A stretch of DNA of 64,000 nt, from assembly GCF_004010195.1 (NCBI RefSeq), contig NC_057718.1, forward strand, positions 65,906,770-65,970,769, written 5' to 3'. The translations under genes were made by a program, and so were the position numbers. This DNA is from Chiloscyllium plagiosum. Taxonomy: Eukaryota. This document shows positions 13,363-26,156 of this stretch, piece by piece (within the stretch, counting starts at the first letter, position 1; each line of letters starts with the position of its first letter). Under the pieces are notes generated by a model, which saw only the letters and a program-made list of their open reading frames with translations, was not told the origin of the DNA and ran no database searches.

Positions 13363-13598
13363 AAGTTTGGGTGAAGATTTGGGTGAACAAACACATCGAC
13401 TTGGACCCAATATACCGGCCACTACAGCGGACAGCTGAAACTGACAACCAGAAGCGGCAGGGACAGGCCACTATAAATGCCAGAGGAAACACCACAGAAC
13501 GCTTCACAGGAGGCTCCCAAGCACTGAGGATATCACCTAGACAGGGGACGAAACGTTTGCAACAAAAATTTCCAGCTCAGCGAACAGAACCACAACAA
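13363..13598 (+). mobile_element. Short PLE 3'/pLTR insertion (family C) with 14-bp TSD
   Basis: CGTTCTAAGAGTCA at 13349-13362 and 13599-13612; begins with the ORF-end motif NKHIDLDPIY; contains a hammerhead core. Confidence 0.85.
13521..13560 (+). ncRNA. Minimal type I hammerhead ribozyme (family C)
   Basis: GCA-CUGAGGA-(imperfect stem II)-GAAACGUU-UGC; helix I GCA/UGC; palindromic ACGU stem III. Confidence 0.65.
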
Positions 13599-14191
13599 CG
13601 TTCTAAGAGTCAGTTTAGTGCAGACACAGTGCCAGTCTATGAGCTATAAGTAGAACCACAATGTAATTTTGCTGTTTTTGTTTCCAGTGCCTAGATCAAT
13701 GGCGCTTGATTTGTCTAGTTTCATTTATTTTGTGAGATTTTGTAGCAATTGTTACAATTGAATGGCTTGCTAGGCCACTTCAGCAGGTAGTTAACTACCA
13801 TGCACATTTATAGAATCATGTAGAACAAAATAAGCCTTTTGACCCATCGAGTCTGTGCTTTCAAAATGGACTATTACCTATCCTAGTCCCACTTTCCTGC
13901 ACCAGACCAATAACCTTGAATGTTATGACACTTCAAGTGTTCATCCTGCAATGAGTCTGGAGTCACTTGTAGGTCAGACCAGATATGAATGGCAGATTTT
14001 CTTCCTTGAAGGACATTAGGAAACAACATAAGTTCTTCCTGACAATTGATTATGATTTCATGATCATCACTAGATTCCCAATTCCAAATGTTTATTAATT
14101 TCAAATTCTACCATCTGCATGGTAACATTCAAACTCAGGTCCTCAGAACATTATCCTGAGTTTCTGGATTAATAGGTCAAGTATGAATGTA

Positions 14192-16305
14192 GAAGAAAGT
14201 GAGGACCGTGGGTGCTGGAGATCAGAGTCGGGAGTGTGGTGCTGGAAAAGCACAGTAAGTCAGGCAGCATCTGAGGAGCAGGAGAATTGACGCTTCAGGC
14301 AAGGAATGAGGTTTGTGAGCCAAGGGAGTGGAGAGATAAATGGGAAGGGGTGGGGCTGGGGGGAAGGTAGCTGAGATTGCGATAGGTAGATGGAGGTGGG
14401 GGTAATGGTGATAGGTCAGTGAAGAGGGCGGAGCGGATAGGTGGGAAGGAAGATAGACAAGTAGGGCGGTGCTGAATTGGAAGTAGGACATGAGGGCGGT
14501 GCTGAATTGGAAGGTTGGAACTGGGATAAGGAGTGGGGAGGAGGGGAAATGAGAAAACTGGTGAAGTCTACACTGATGCCATGTGGTTGGAGGGTGTCAA
14601 GGTGGACAATGAGGCATTCTTCCTCCAGGTGTCAGGTGGTTAGGGTGTGGCGATGGAGAAGGCTCAGGACCTGCAAGACCTTGGCGGAGTTGGAGGAGGA
14701 GTTAAAGTGTTCAGCCACGGGGCGGTGGGGTTGGTTAGTGCGGGTATGGGCACCCGCATGGGCTCCAATTTTGCCTGTCTCTTTGTCAGTTACGTGGAAC
14801 AGTTCATCTTCCACAGTTACACCAGCACCATTCCCCACCTTTTCCTCCACTACATTGATGACTGTTTCGGCTCCACCTTGTGCTCCCATGAGGACGTTGA
14901 ACAGTTCATCAACTTCACCAACACATTCTACTCCGACCTGAAATTCACCTGGACCATTTCAGACACCTTTCTCCCCTTCCTGGATCTCTCCATCTCCATC
15001 AATGGTGATCAACTCAACATGGACATCTTCTACAAACCCACCAACTCACACAGCTACATGGACCAAACCTCCCACCCTCCCTCCTGTAAAAATGCTATCC
15101 CTTATTCCCAATTCCTCCGCCGCATCTGTTCCCAGGAGGACCAGTTCCACCACAGAACACACCAGATGGCCTCCTTCTTCAAAGACCACAATTTCTCCTC
15201 CCACATGGTTGATGATGCACTCCAGCATATCACATCCACTTCCTGCACCTTTGCCCTCGACCCCCACCCCTTCAAATGCAACAAGGAGAGAACTCCCTGG
15301 TCCTCACCTTCCACCACATCAATCTCTGTATTCAGTCAAGAGTGTGGTGCTGGAAAAGCACAGCAGGTCAGGCAACACTGAGGAGCAGGAGAATTGATGA
15401 TTCTGGCAAAAGCCCTTCATCAGGAATGAGACTGTGAGCCTCCATATACATCACATCATCCTCCGCCATTTCCACCACCTACAAAAGGACCTCCCCACCC
15501 ATATCTGCTTTCCGTAAAGAGCATTCCCTGCACGTCAGGTCCACGTCCGCCACCAATCCACCCTCCCGTTCCGGCACCTTCCCCTGCCACCACAGAAATT
15601 GTGAAACCTGCACCGACACCTCCCCCTTCACTTCTGTCCAAAGGCCCAAAGGAGCCTTCCACATCCATCAGAATTTTAGCTGCACTTCCACACATGTCCT
15701 TCCTGTTTCAGTTGTTCCCGATGCAGTCTCCTCTACATTGGAGAGACAGGATGCCTACTTACAGGAGTGCTTCAGAGAACATCTCTGGGACACTCGCACC
15801 AATCAACCCCACCGCCCCATGGCTGAACACTTCAATTCCCCCTCCCATTCCGCCAAGGACTTGCAGGTCCTGGGCCTCCTCCATCACCACACCCTAACCA
15901 CCCAACGCTTAGAGGAAGAACGCCTCATCTTCCGCCCTGGAACCCTCCAACCATATGGCATCAATGTGGACTTCACCAGTTTCCTTATATCCCATCCCCC
16001 ACCTTATCCCAGTTCTAACTTTCCAACTCGGCACCGCCCTCATGACCTGTCCTATCTGTCCATCTTTCTTCCCACCTATCTGCTCCACCCTCGTCTCCGA
16101 CCTATCACCATTACCTCCACCTCCATCTACCTATTGCACTCTCAGCTACCTTCCCCCCAGCCTCACTCCCCTCCCATTTATCTCTCCACCTCCTTGGCTC
16201 ACAAGCCTCATTGCTGCTGAAGGGCTCTTGCCCCAAAACATCAATTGTCCTGCTCCTCAGATGCTGCCTGACCTGCTATGCTTTTCCAGCACCACATTCT
16301 TGACT
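14192..16305 (+). mobile_element. PLE family A: inverted pLTR/GIY-YIG end (14192-14746), RT (14747-15330), inverted pLTR piece, GIY-YIG and pLTR
   Basis: ORFs MGTRMGSNFACLFVSYVEQ, LHYIDDCFG, LPFLDLSI, FYKPTNSHSY, LHWRD/LYIGE and FREHLWDTRTNQPHRPMAEHFNS. Possible TSD core TATGAAT at 14182 and 16308. Confidence 0.92.
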
Positions 16306-16621
16306 ACTATGAATATTACTAGTCAATCACCTCTCCATCATAGATTGTAAAGTGCAGTATAGATTGTTCGATGTGTTGCGGCTATGGATTGTCTTGTGTG
16401 GAATAAATGGTGGATTCTCTGTGATAAGGCTATGTATGGTACAGTGCAGAGAGGTGTGTTGGGTATACTCAGCCAGGCAAATGAGTGTGCTGGTGAATGG
16501 GGTCTGTGCACACCTTGTTTCAAGGAATTCCATTGACACTTTGAAACACTGCTTCTTTAACTTGTTTCATATTTTCCAAGTCAAAGATTTCACTATGAAT
16601 ATCCACATAAGTACTGGCTAT

Positions 16622-16929
16622 GATTAGATTACATTACAGTGTGGAAACAGGCCCTTCGGCCCAACAAGTCCACACTGACCCGCCGAAGTGCAACCCACCC
16701 ATACCCCTACATTTACCCCTTACCTAACACTACGGGCAATTTAGCATGGCCAATTCACCTGACTGCACATCTTTGGACTGTGGGAGAAAACCGGAGCACC
16801 CAGAGGAAGCCCACACAGACACAGGGAGAACGTGCAAACTCCACACAGTCAATCGCCTGAGGCGGGAATTGAACCCTGGTCTCCGGCGTTGTGAGGCAGC
16901 AGTGCTAACCACTGTGCCACCGTGCTGCC
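16622..16929 (-). mobile_element. HE1-like tRNA SINE
   Basis: Reverse strand starts GGGCAGCACGGTGGCACAGTGGTTAGCACT with B box GGTTCAATTCC. Confidence 0.9.
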
Positions 16930-17157
16930 CTCAATTAAACTTCCTCACACACCACTTTCTGCAAGGATTCCATTTTCCTATGCTTGCAGGATATGTAGAA
17001 CATTCCTGTTTCCAGTGTTATTGGTTATTGCCATCCACAACTCTTTCTCCAATAATTGATGTTTTCTTCGGTGCTCCTTCTCGTTCTCATCTGGAATTGA
17101 AAAAAAAAATCATTAGTTTTGCTTCTAATTTCCAACTCTTTCTTACATTCACCAGGT

Positions 17158-17495
17158 CATAGAATCATAGAATCATGTAGAAGCAGGCCATTTGGCCCAT
17201 CAAATCCACACCGATCCTCCAAAGAGCATCCCACTCAGTCCTACATCATCCCTGTAACCCTGCCTTTCCCAAGGCTAATCCACCTAGCCTGCACATCTTT
17301 GGACACTACAGGCAATTTAGCATGGCCAACCCACCTAACCTGCACAACTATGGATTGTGGGAGGAAATCTGAGCACACAAAGAAAATCCACGCAGACACA
17401 GGGAGAAGGTGCAAACAGTTCCCCAAGGGTAGAATCAAACCCAATCCCTGGCGCTGTGAGGCAGCAGTGCTAACCACTGAGCCACCGTGCCATCT
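17158..17495 (-). mobile_element. HE1-like tRNA SINE
   Basis: Same tRNA-like head; (ATTCTATG)n tail at 17158-17175. Confidence 0.85.
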
Positions 17496-17499
17496 CTAA

Positions 17500-18350
17500 C
17501 TCTTCATTTCTCTTTCTTCACTTCACTGTTTCCATTTCTGAGGACAGGCTGTTCCACCATTATCCATTGCAAATCCACTGACTTGCATAGTTACCTCAAC
17601 TAAACTTCCTCACACACCACTTTTTGCAAGGATTCCATTTTCCTAGTTTCTCTATTTCTGTTGCATCTTTCTAATGATACTACCTTCCACAAAGATTCCT
17701 CAGACATGATCTCCTCTTTCCTCAACTGAGGAATCCTCCCACTGTGGTTGACAGGGTCCTCAAAATGCGTCCATTTCCCATATCTTCACCCTTGCAGCTT
17801 TCACTTCATCCAGAAGAGCAATAGGTTCCTCTTGTCCTCACTTGCCGTCCCGCTAGTCACCAGATTCAAACGATCATCCTCTGCCATTGCTGCCACCTCC
17901 AGCAGGGTTCACTACCATACATTGTCAGCAGCCTGCAGAGACTGTTCCCTCCATGACACACTGGTCCACTCCCCTCCATCACTCCTAACACTTCCTCACT
18001 CCCATGGCACCTTCCTTTGCGATTGAAAAGGTGTAACATTCACCTCTTCCCTTCTTACTGTCCAAATATTGTTGCATTTTATTGTACTTCTTTCAATCTA
18101 GTCTATAGTATTTATTGCTTAAAATACCATCTTGTTTACATTGATGAGATAAAATGCAGACTGGGTGACTGCTTTTGCTCTCTCCATTGGAACCATTAAG
18201 TTGCTTGACATTTCAATAAGCCACTTATTTTCATGCTAACATTTCTGCTGTGATATTCCAATGCAAGCTTAAGGGACACTACCTAATTTTCTGCTAATGC
18301 TCTACAGCCTCCAGGACTCAATATTAAATTCCACACCATCAGAGCCTAAC
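17500..18350 (+). mobile_element. Old degenerate PLE fragment (RT C-terminus and GIY-YIG)
   Basis: Decayed KSTDLHSYLN, CKDSIF and NLVYSIYCLKYHLVYIDEIKCRLGDCF (GIY-YIG-like). Confidence 0.65.
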
Positions 18351-19072
18351 TACATGATGTAATTCTCCATTTTTCTTACATTCTCTCCAACCCCTGCAGC
18401 TCAGCCTTGTTTTGTTTGTATCTTGTTTACTTTTTTAAAAATTAATTCATGGGATGATGGCATCACTGGCTAGGCCAGCATTTATTACCTATCCTCGAAG
18501 GAAGTTAAGAGTCAACCACATTGCCGTGAGTCCAGAATCACATGTTGGTCAGACCAGGTAAAAGTGGCAGTTTTGCTAAAGGATATTATTGAATAAGATT
18601 GATAATGGATTCATAGTCATCGTTAGATTCTTAATTCCAAATTTTTATTGAATTCAAATTCCATCACCTGCCATGGTAGGATTTGAACACAGGATCCAGA
18701 ACATTATCTGAGTCTCTGGATTAATAGTCCAGTGTTAATACCACTAGGTCTTCACCTTCCCCACTTATATGAGCACTTGAAACACCACAGCATATAAGGA
18801 TGTGGTCAAGTGCTGGAAAATGGGATTAGGTTAGATGGGTGTTTGATGAGGGGCAAAAACACTGTGGGCTGAAGGCCTCTTTGCATGCCGTAAAAGCTCT
18901 CGTATTGTATGTTTTCAGTATGGAGGACTCATTTTCTCCCTTTTATACCTTAATTTACATCCATTTTATATTTCTTTTTCGCTTTCACCACCAGTCTCAA
19001 TCTTTTGCACTGAGCACCATAACCATCTACTTCCTTTACCCTTCCTCTGCCTCTGGCAACAGTATCTGAAAA

Positions 19073-19270
19073 AAAGTTTAAAAGCGCACAATACCAGGTT
19101 ATAGTCCAATAGATTTATTTGGAAGCACTAGCTCTCAGAGAGGTTGTCACCAGGTGAAGGAGCAGCACTCAGAAAGCTCATGCTTCCAAATAAACCTGTT
19201 GGACTAAAACCTAGTGTTATGTGATTTTTAACTTTGTACACCCCAGTCCAACACCAGCATCTCCAAATCC
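19073..19270. mobile_element. Degenerate palindromic pLTR insertion (family B)
   Basis: Arms ~19075-19135 and ~19172-19233 are inverted repeats; decayed hammerhead CAGGUGAAGGAG...CUCAGAAAGCUC; same family as 41.7 and 42.7 kb. Confidence 0.8.
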
Positions 19271-19399
19271 TGAAAACAAAAACAAATATTTTCTGACATC
19301 TTTCAATTCTGAAGAAGTCACGGTGGACTTGCATCATGAACTGTGTCTCCCTATCCACAGATGCTGCCAGACATGCTAAGTTTCTCCATCATTTTCTAT

Positions 19400-19640
19400 G
19401 TAGAGTCAACGGAAGTATGTTCTACGTAGCGAGGTTGCGTATGGTACAGTTAGGGAGGTGTGTTGTCAGGTGAGTTTGTGTATGGTACAGTTCAAGTAAA
19501 TATGTTCTGTGTGGTGAGGGTGTGTGTGGTACTGTTCAAGGAGGTGTGTCGTCAGGTAAGGTTGTGCATGGTACAGCTCAAGGTGGTGTGACGGTATATG
19601 CCACAGTTGAAGGAAGTGTGTTCAGTGCGGTGAGGCTGTC
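19400..19640. repeat. Degenerate minisatellite, ~41-44-bp alternating units
   Basis: Recurrent GTACAGTTCAAGGAGGTGTG...GTGAGGTTGTGTATG, about 5-6 copies. Confidence 0.8.
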
Positions 19641-19649
19641 TATCCTACA

Positions 19650-20620
19650 GCGGGAGGGGGGAGAGGTCATACCTCGGCTCTGAGTCGGCTGTGTGTTGTT
19701 GCAGTGTCTGACCCCTAGGTGTCTCTGGCTGTGTGAGCTCCCTTTTCTCCCTTCCCTCTGCAGAGCCGCTGCGATTGTCCGCTCCAGAGCCACTCACTGC
19801 GCCCGCCGCCATATTGCCTTCCTCTTGCTCCGCGGTAAGATGGGGGTGAAGCGCGGCCGTTGCCACCACTCCTGACTCATCGCCGAGCTTCAGCTCCTCC
19901 AGTTTGACTCCTGAGAGTGCCGACGGCCCTTCTCATCCTCGACATCCGACAGAAAGGAGCGAAGGTGTTGAGCCATGGAGGCCGTCAAAGCCTTTAATAA
20001 CGAGGTCTGTGTGAACTCAGGCTGTTTAGGAGGAGGGGGGTGGGGATGTTTTTCAGCGGCGCAGGCGGTTGGTAGCGGGGGGGCGGACAGAGGGTGAATA
20101 ACGGGCGCTAGAAACGGGACCTCAGAGAGGAACAGGCCTCTCGAGCGTCTCATTGCGATAAAATTAAAATCAACGGACAACTGTAGAACTGGGGCCTGGT
20201 CAGTTTGGCCGGAATGGCGGGGAGCGGGGATCCAAGGTATCTCAATGTTGGGATGAAGGGTAGGGAGGAAGGGAGAGGATTAGAGCCTTTCTCATTCCTG
20301 TCACACCTCTCCGTCCCCCCAGCAACGGAACTCGAGGCCTGATCAACAAATTAACCTCCGCCAGGCCTGGTTTGGGGTTATTGCTGAACACTGGGTCTGG
20401 ACTCTGAGAGGCTGAGGAATGATGCCTTTTTCCGGGGGGGTTGCTCTGCGCATTTTTGTTGAGTACGGCCTTCGAGCCCCGCTCTCTAATTTGTCACCAG
20501 TTCAACCAAAGGGAGATGGGGCTTGCTGGGGGAGCTCATTTCCTGCGCCCCACGGGTAACACGACATTCATGCTGCAGAGAGCCGTGAGGCCGAGGTTTT
20601 TTTTTTACTTGCCTTCAGAG
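19650..20620 (+). promoter_or_regulatory. GC/CpG-rich promoter, 5' UTR and start of intron 1 of SCAF8, with YY1-type motif
   Basis: Local CpG enrichment against a CpG-depleted background; CCGCCATATT (YY1 consensus CCGCCATNTT) at 19806-19815; flanks the start codon. Confidence 0.75.
19975..20004 (+). CDS. SCAF8: SR-related CTD-associated factor 8, coding exon 1 (MEAVKAFNNE)
   Basis: Kozak GCCATGG; phase-0 donor GAG|GTCTGT; matches the vertebrate SCAF8 N-terminus MEAVKTFNSE recalled from memory. Confidence 0.9.
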
Positions 20621-22929
20621 CGCTCTTTTCATTTATTTGCCACTTTCTTGAGACCGTACTTAAAACAAATTAAGCCAATTTTTTTCGAAGATACCGAAAT
20701 ATTAGACTTTCTCCGCCAATTTTGCCTCTTGATGAGTTTCACAAACTGAAAATAAAAAAAAGTTAATTACGTTCTCGGTTCAGTTAATGTCGAAATTTAC
20801 TGTAAAAGGTAAATTATACAGTGATATGCTGTACATTAATTGCCAAAGGGTCAGTAAAATTTAGTGAAGTACCTCTGATAGTGTTTGGAGATATTTTACA
20901 TGCACTTTCAGTCAATGTTTAAGCATGGGCATGTATTATTTTAGGGATAGATAACTACTATATTGATATTTCAAAGTTTCATAACAGGAAATCTAATCTT
21001 ATTAAACATTTTTCCTCCCTAAGTCAAGGAAATTGCTTGACATCCAAGCCATGTCAATTATGATCAACAAGATTCCTCCACTAAGTCCAACTTGCCCAAA
21101 TGGGCAAGTTCATGATCTGGAAGGACACTGAGTTGCTATATTGGAGGTTGCAAGGAAGAAAAACTAGTGGGTTGTGCTACACAAATAGACACCTGTAATA
21201 AGCCACTTTGAAGGGAGGAAGTGAATTTTGTGTGGCTGCCTACCTCATGGAAGAGAAATAGGCATGAATGTAGTTAGGTACAATTATTTGCTCGAAGTTA
21301 TTTGAGGCGAGGATGGGAAGCTTATGCAGATTTTGCTGATCTCTGCCAAGAACTAGTGAATTGACTTGCAGTTGTCATTTGGAAGTTGATGAATAGGATT
21401 CTGTTTCTTGTACAAATTATTCTATTTGTATATCCTCATTTGTGGTTTCTACATAGCAAAGGAGATTTTAGTGAACAAAGTTTGAAAAATCTCACTGTTG
21501 GTGGCTCTTAAGCTGGAGTTTGCAGATAATTAGGAAGGAACAAACGGAGTTCTTGTGTAAGAATTTTTTTTCAGGATTCTAAATTATAAAGTATGGCAAT
21601 GTTATTGAGCCTTTTTGTAAGGCTTTGGGCCTAGTGCTTACTGCTGTAATTCCAGAAACTGAAAACTATGGATTTTAGCTGTGATATATTGATGAGCTGC
21701 AAAGATCATTGAAGGGATACATAAACATTGATAGCATCTTACATCCATCACACTCAAACCAGAGTCATTCATTCTGTGTCTTCAGCAGAGTGTGTAATCG
21801 CGTCATTAAAAGTTGGAACTTCGAGACCCTAGATACGTGCGTTAAAATTGTGGGTGCTTGGCTGTGAGTTTGAGTCCACTGACATTAATCAGCAAAAAAC
21901 TGAACATTTTTCTGAGCGAGTTTAACTTTTTATGATGTTGTTTTGAAGGATTAATATTCATCAGGGCATTGAGGATAACTTCTCCAGTCTTGTTTGAAAT
22001 AATGCCAATGAATTCTTGCATCCACTGAGCAGGCAGGTAGGGCCTCAGTTTAATGTTTCATCCAAAAACTGGAATCTCTGACAATGCTCACTCAACTGCT
22101 GCATGCCCTTGTGTGAGCAGCAATAGCTGATTTTTTTTTGTGCTATTTTAAGCATGTATTTTGGGAATGCATCTTTCAATTGTTGATTAATTTTGGCACT
22201 GGGACCCTGATGGATGCCAAATTTAGCTTGATCAGAGGATCAGTACTGAGCCATTTTTGCTTTTCTCATCCTCCTTGTATCTTGGAAATTCAGGTTTAGC
22301 CTGTGAAATATGCCAGTTGTTCAGATATCCCTCCTTCATAATTTAGAAATCTTTGGAGCACCTTGTAGATGTGTTTGAGTCTGCACCTCATGATGTTCTG
22401 CTTTGTTTACTTGCTAAGATGTGTTGTGTTACACTGAACCTAATGTTAGGACTACCAAAATAACTGACAAGTTGATCTATGGAGGTTGCCTATGGTGAAA
22501 GCAGAAGTTCATAATCTTGAGGGTTGGGGCAACACATATCGGAAGGTGTTGCCTGGAGATCTGAGGATATGGGCTGATGCATCCAGAACTACATGCCGCA
22601 TGTGCTAATTTTGAAGAATAGGAAGCAACTTCTGACTGATGGGACTTCTGTTTTAGGGTAAAATGTGTTTCCATTTGTCTGTGCAAAGGGTAGTGATGCA
22701 TTTGTGTTCCATGGCTAAGTGTTGTTTAAAATGATATTATAAAGCTTCAGCTATTTACTAACTACCCAGTGAAAAACATACCTGTCATTTGTCTAAGAAA
22801 GCTAATAACAATTCACTTAAGAACAAAGTGGCTCAAAAATATAATATATATATTTTAAAACATGATAATGGAACCTCTGACAGCTTTAATTATTTAACAT
22901 CTCTACCAAACTGATCTGCTATACTCAGT

Positions 22930-23385
22930 ATGGCGCTGGAAAATCATAGCAGGTTAGGAAGCATCTGAGGAGCAGGAGAATCAATGTTTCAGGCATAAGC
23001 CCTTCATCAGGAATGTGGGTGGGGAAGGGGTCTGACAGATAAGTAGGGTAGTGGAGGTGGGGCTGGGGGAAAGGTAGCTGGGGAGATGATAGGTAGATGG
23101 AAGTGGGGGTAATGTTGGTAGGTCAGAGGGGAGGGTGGAGCAGATAGGTGGGAAGGAAGATGGACAGGTAGGACAGGTCAAGAGAGCGGTGCGAGTTGGA
23201 TCTGGGATGAGATGGGGGAAGGAGAGATGAGGATACTAGTGAAATCAACATTGATGGTTGGAGGGTCCCAAGGCTGAAGATGAGGCGTTCTTCCTTCAGG
23301 CATTGGGTAGCTTGGATTTGGAAGTGGAAGAGGCTCAGAACTCGCAAACCCTTGGTGGAGTGGGAGGGGGAGTTGAGGTGGTCAA
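22930..23385 (-). mobile_element. PLE family A 3' fragment (GIY-YIG end and pLTR)
   Basis: ORF EERLIFSLGTLQP; decayed hammerhead CCTGATGAAGGGCTTATGCCTGAAAC on the minus strand. Confidence 0.85.
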
Positions 23386-24415
23386 GGTACTGTTGATGGT
23401 TGGCTAGGGGTCAGCTATTTAACCCCTAACGTCACTCAACCTCAATGTGGAATGGGGATTTCTAATGCCTTCCGAGGAGGCAGTACCTCTGCATATGTAG
23501 AGGTCCTGAAACCTTTGTTTTGCAAAACTACCTCAAACTCTTGGTTTAGTTGTCTCATTTGTCCTTTTAAGGACATCAAACAAGTAACTGCACCAGACAA
23601 TCTAAAATGTTGCATATATGGATTTCTCAATAGTATGGTTTGGTCTTAAAAGTGGACACTGACTTCTGCTTATATCAGGCATCTGACTTAAATAGAAGTC
23701 TTTACAGGTGCAGTTGAGCTTTGTGTGCTGAAGAAATAACTTGTGTATGTGCAAATTTAATCATGAGTCTATAGTGTAACATAATGACATGGCTAGTTTT
23801 GGAAATTTATTTTGGGATACAAATTTTGGAGCAACATGTCACATCTGTTCCTTTGACATTACAACTCATGGAATCCACAGCCTTCTAGAGGTGAGAGCCT
23901 TCTAGGCTGACACTTAGTCGAAAAGGTTGATATGAAACTTGAGTTTATTTCTTCAGGAAAGGAAATTTGTTAGTTAAGTTGGTCTTCTTTTCACTGCTTA
24001 ATTTCACTTACCACATGAACTGAAACTGAATGGCATTTTAAATAAACTAATCCCAAGAGAGTGATTTGTACCACTTTGCAACTTTTGTATAATTGTAAGT
24101 TACATAAAAGTTGTTTAAAGTTGACACAGGTGCCATGTAGAGGAAAACAGGAATATACATCAGATGGAGATAGAGAAGTGGCACTACATGTAATGCTTAT
24201 TTGGAACTGGCACACATATGACAAGCTGAGTAGCCTCCTGTGCTGTAACAGTTTGTGATAAGCACTCACTAGATATTTCCTATCCTGTGACTTTCAGTTC
24301 TAACTTTCATTGAGAATATTGAATCATAGAATGTTATAGCATTATAACAAATTGTTTGGACAATTAGGTTTTGTTTTAGCACACATGTATTTGGTTAATT
24401 ATTTGAAAAAAAATG

Positions 24416-25270
24416 TTCATAGAGTATAGAGATGTACAACAGAAACAGACCCTTCTGTCCAACTTGTCCATACCGACCAGATATCCCAACCCATTCTAGT
24501 CTCACCTGCCAGCACCCAGCCCATATCCCTCCAAACCCTTCCTATTCATATACCCATCCAAATGCCTTTTAAATGTTACAATTGTAGTAGCCTCTACCAT
24601 TTCCTCTGGCAGCCCTTTCCACACATGCACCATCCTCTGTGTGAAGAGTTGCCCCTTAGCTCTCTTTTATATCTTTCCCCTCTCACCCTAAAATTATGCC
24701 CTTGTTCTGCACTCCCCCACCCCAGGAAAAAGACCTTGTCTATTTCTCGTATCCGTGCCCGTCATGATTTTATAAACCTCTATAAGATCAACCCTCAGCC
24801 CCTGATGCTCCAGGGAAAACAGCCCTAGCCTATTCAACCTCTCCCTATAGCTCAAATCCTCCAACCCTGGCAACATTCTTGTAAATCTTTTCTGAATCAT
24901 TTTCAAGTTTCACAACATCTTTCCGATAGGAAGGAGACCAAAATTGCACACAATATTCCAAAAGTGGCCGAACAAATGTCCTGTACAGCCGCAACATGAC
25001 CTCCCAACCCCTGTACTCAATACTCTGACCAATAAAGGAAAGGATACCAAATACCTTCTTCACTATCCTATCTACCTGCAACTCTACTTTCGAGGAGCTA
25101 TGAACCTGCACTCCAAGGTCTCTTTGTTCAGCAACACTCCCTAGGGCCTTACCATTAAGTGTACAAGTCCTGCTAACATTTGTTTTCCCAAAATGCAGCA
25201 CCTCACATTTAGATAAATTAAACTCTATCTGCCACTCCTCTGCCCATTGGCTTATCTGATCAAGATCCGA
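24416..25270 (-). mobile_element. 5'-truncated CR1 LINE
   Basis: ORFs LYRTFVRPLLEYCVQFWSPSYRKD and LSYRERLNRLGLFSLE; 3' tail at ~24420. Confidence 0.92.
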
Positions 25271-25340
25271 TCATCTCCAATTGACCAAACTGGAATACTG
25301 ACAGTACAAAGCGTCTCCTATTTTAAAAAAAGTCCAAATG

Positions 25341-26156
25341 CAGAAGAACCTTGATTATCCGAACGAGGTGGGCGGGCACTATTTCGTTCAGATAATTGAT
25401 TATTCGGTTAATCAATTCAATGCCTTTTCTCTTGAGCTCAGAGTTTTCTATTAAGTCTGCTCCCCATTCAGCACAGCGCGTGCGAGCCCTCGCCTGCCCC
25501 AACATCTCCCCCAAACCCCGTCCAACACTGTCCCCCGTCCGCCCTCAAACCTTGTCCAACATTGCCCGCCCCCCCAAACCCCATCCAACACTGCGCTTCC
25601 GCTCACCTCTTCCAAACCCCATCAAACACTGCGCCTCTGTCCGCACCCCCAAACCCCATCCAACACCACCCCCAATCTGCCCCCAACTCCAGCGCCTTAC
25701 ACCCCTGTTCCCTCTCTGGAGCAGCCAGACTGGACACCAACAACACTGCTGCTGCTGCCTTTTGGGGAGTGAGTCTCCAAATAGCGCGTGCGTGTACACG
25801 CGTGCGCGCGCACACACAACTTTTTATTGCAACCTTTTGACAGGTTCCACCTTTGCCCTGTACAGGACAATATTAGAGAGATTATCTGGGGATGGGAGGT
25901 TTAGGGCACACGGCTGTGTAGAACTCCAGGGAAAGTGTGGGAAGAGAGAGAGGGAGGTGGAGATCAGTCACTTAGAGACAGTGCCTGTGCTCCCATCAGT
26001 CCAGGACTGTTCTCGGCAGCACTTTTAATCACTGTAAACAAAAGAGGCGACGAGTGTTGGGCACACATCTTTGATGTAATGTTTCTGTCGGCACCTTGAG
26101 ATCTTTAGATAATCTGATTTTTCAGATAATTGGTATTTGGATAATCGAGTGTACTG
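25341..26156. mobile_element. Non-autonomous Tc1/pogo(Tigger)-like DNA transposon (MITE)
   Basis: Imperfect TIRs CAG....CCTTGATTATCCGAA / TTGGATAATCGAGTGTACTG flanked by TG and TA; internal C-rich tandem units; second copy at 61300. Confidence 0.75.

Noticed and set aside
19400..19640. Regularly spaced repeats resembling a CRISPR array
   Set aside because: The units are degenerate tandem copies without unique spacers, in a vertebrate context with no cas genes.
25396..26028. 210-aa Pro-rich ORF
   Set aside because: It lies in the low-complexity interior of a MITE and has no transposase motifs.
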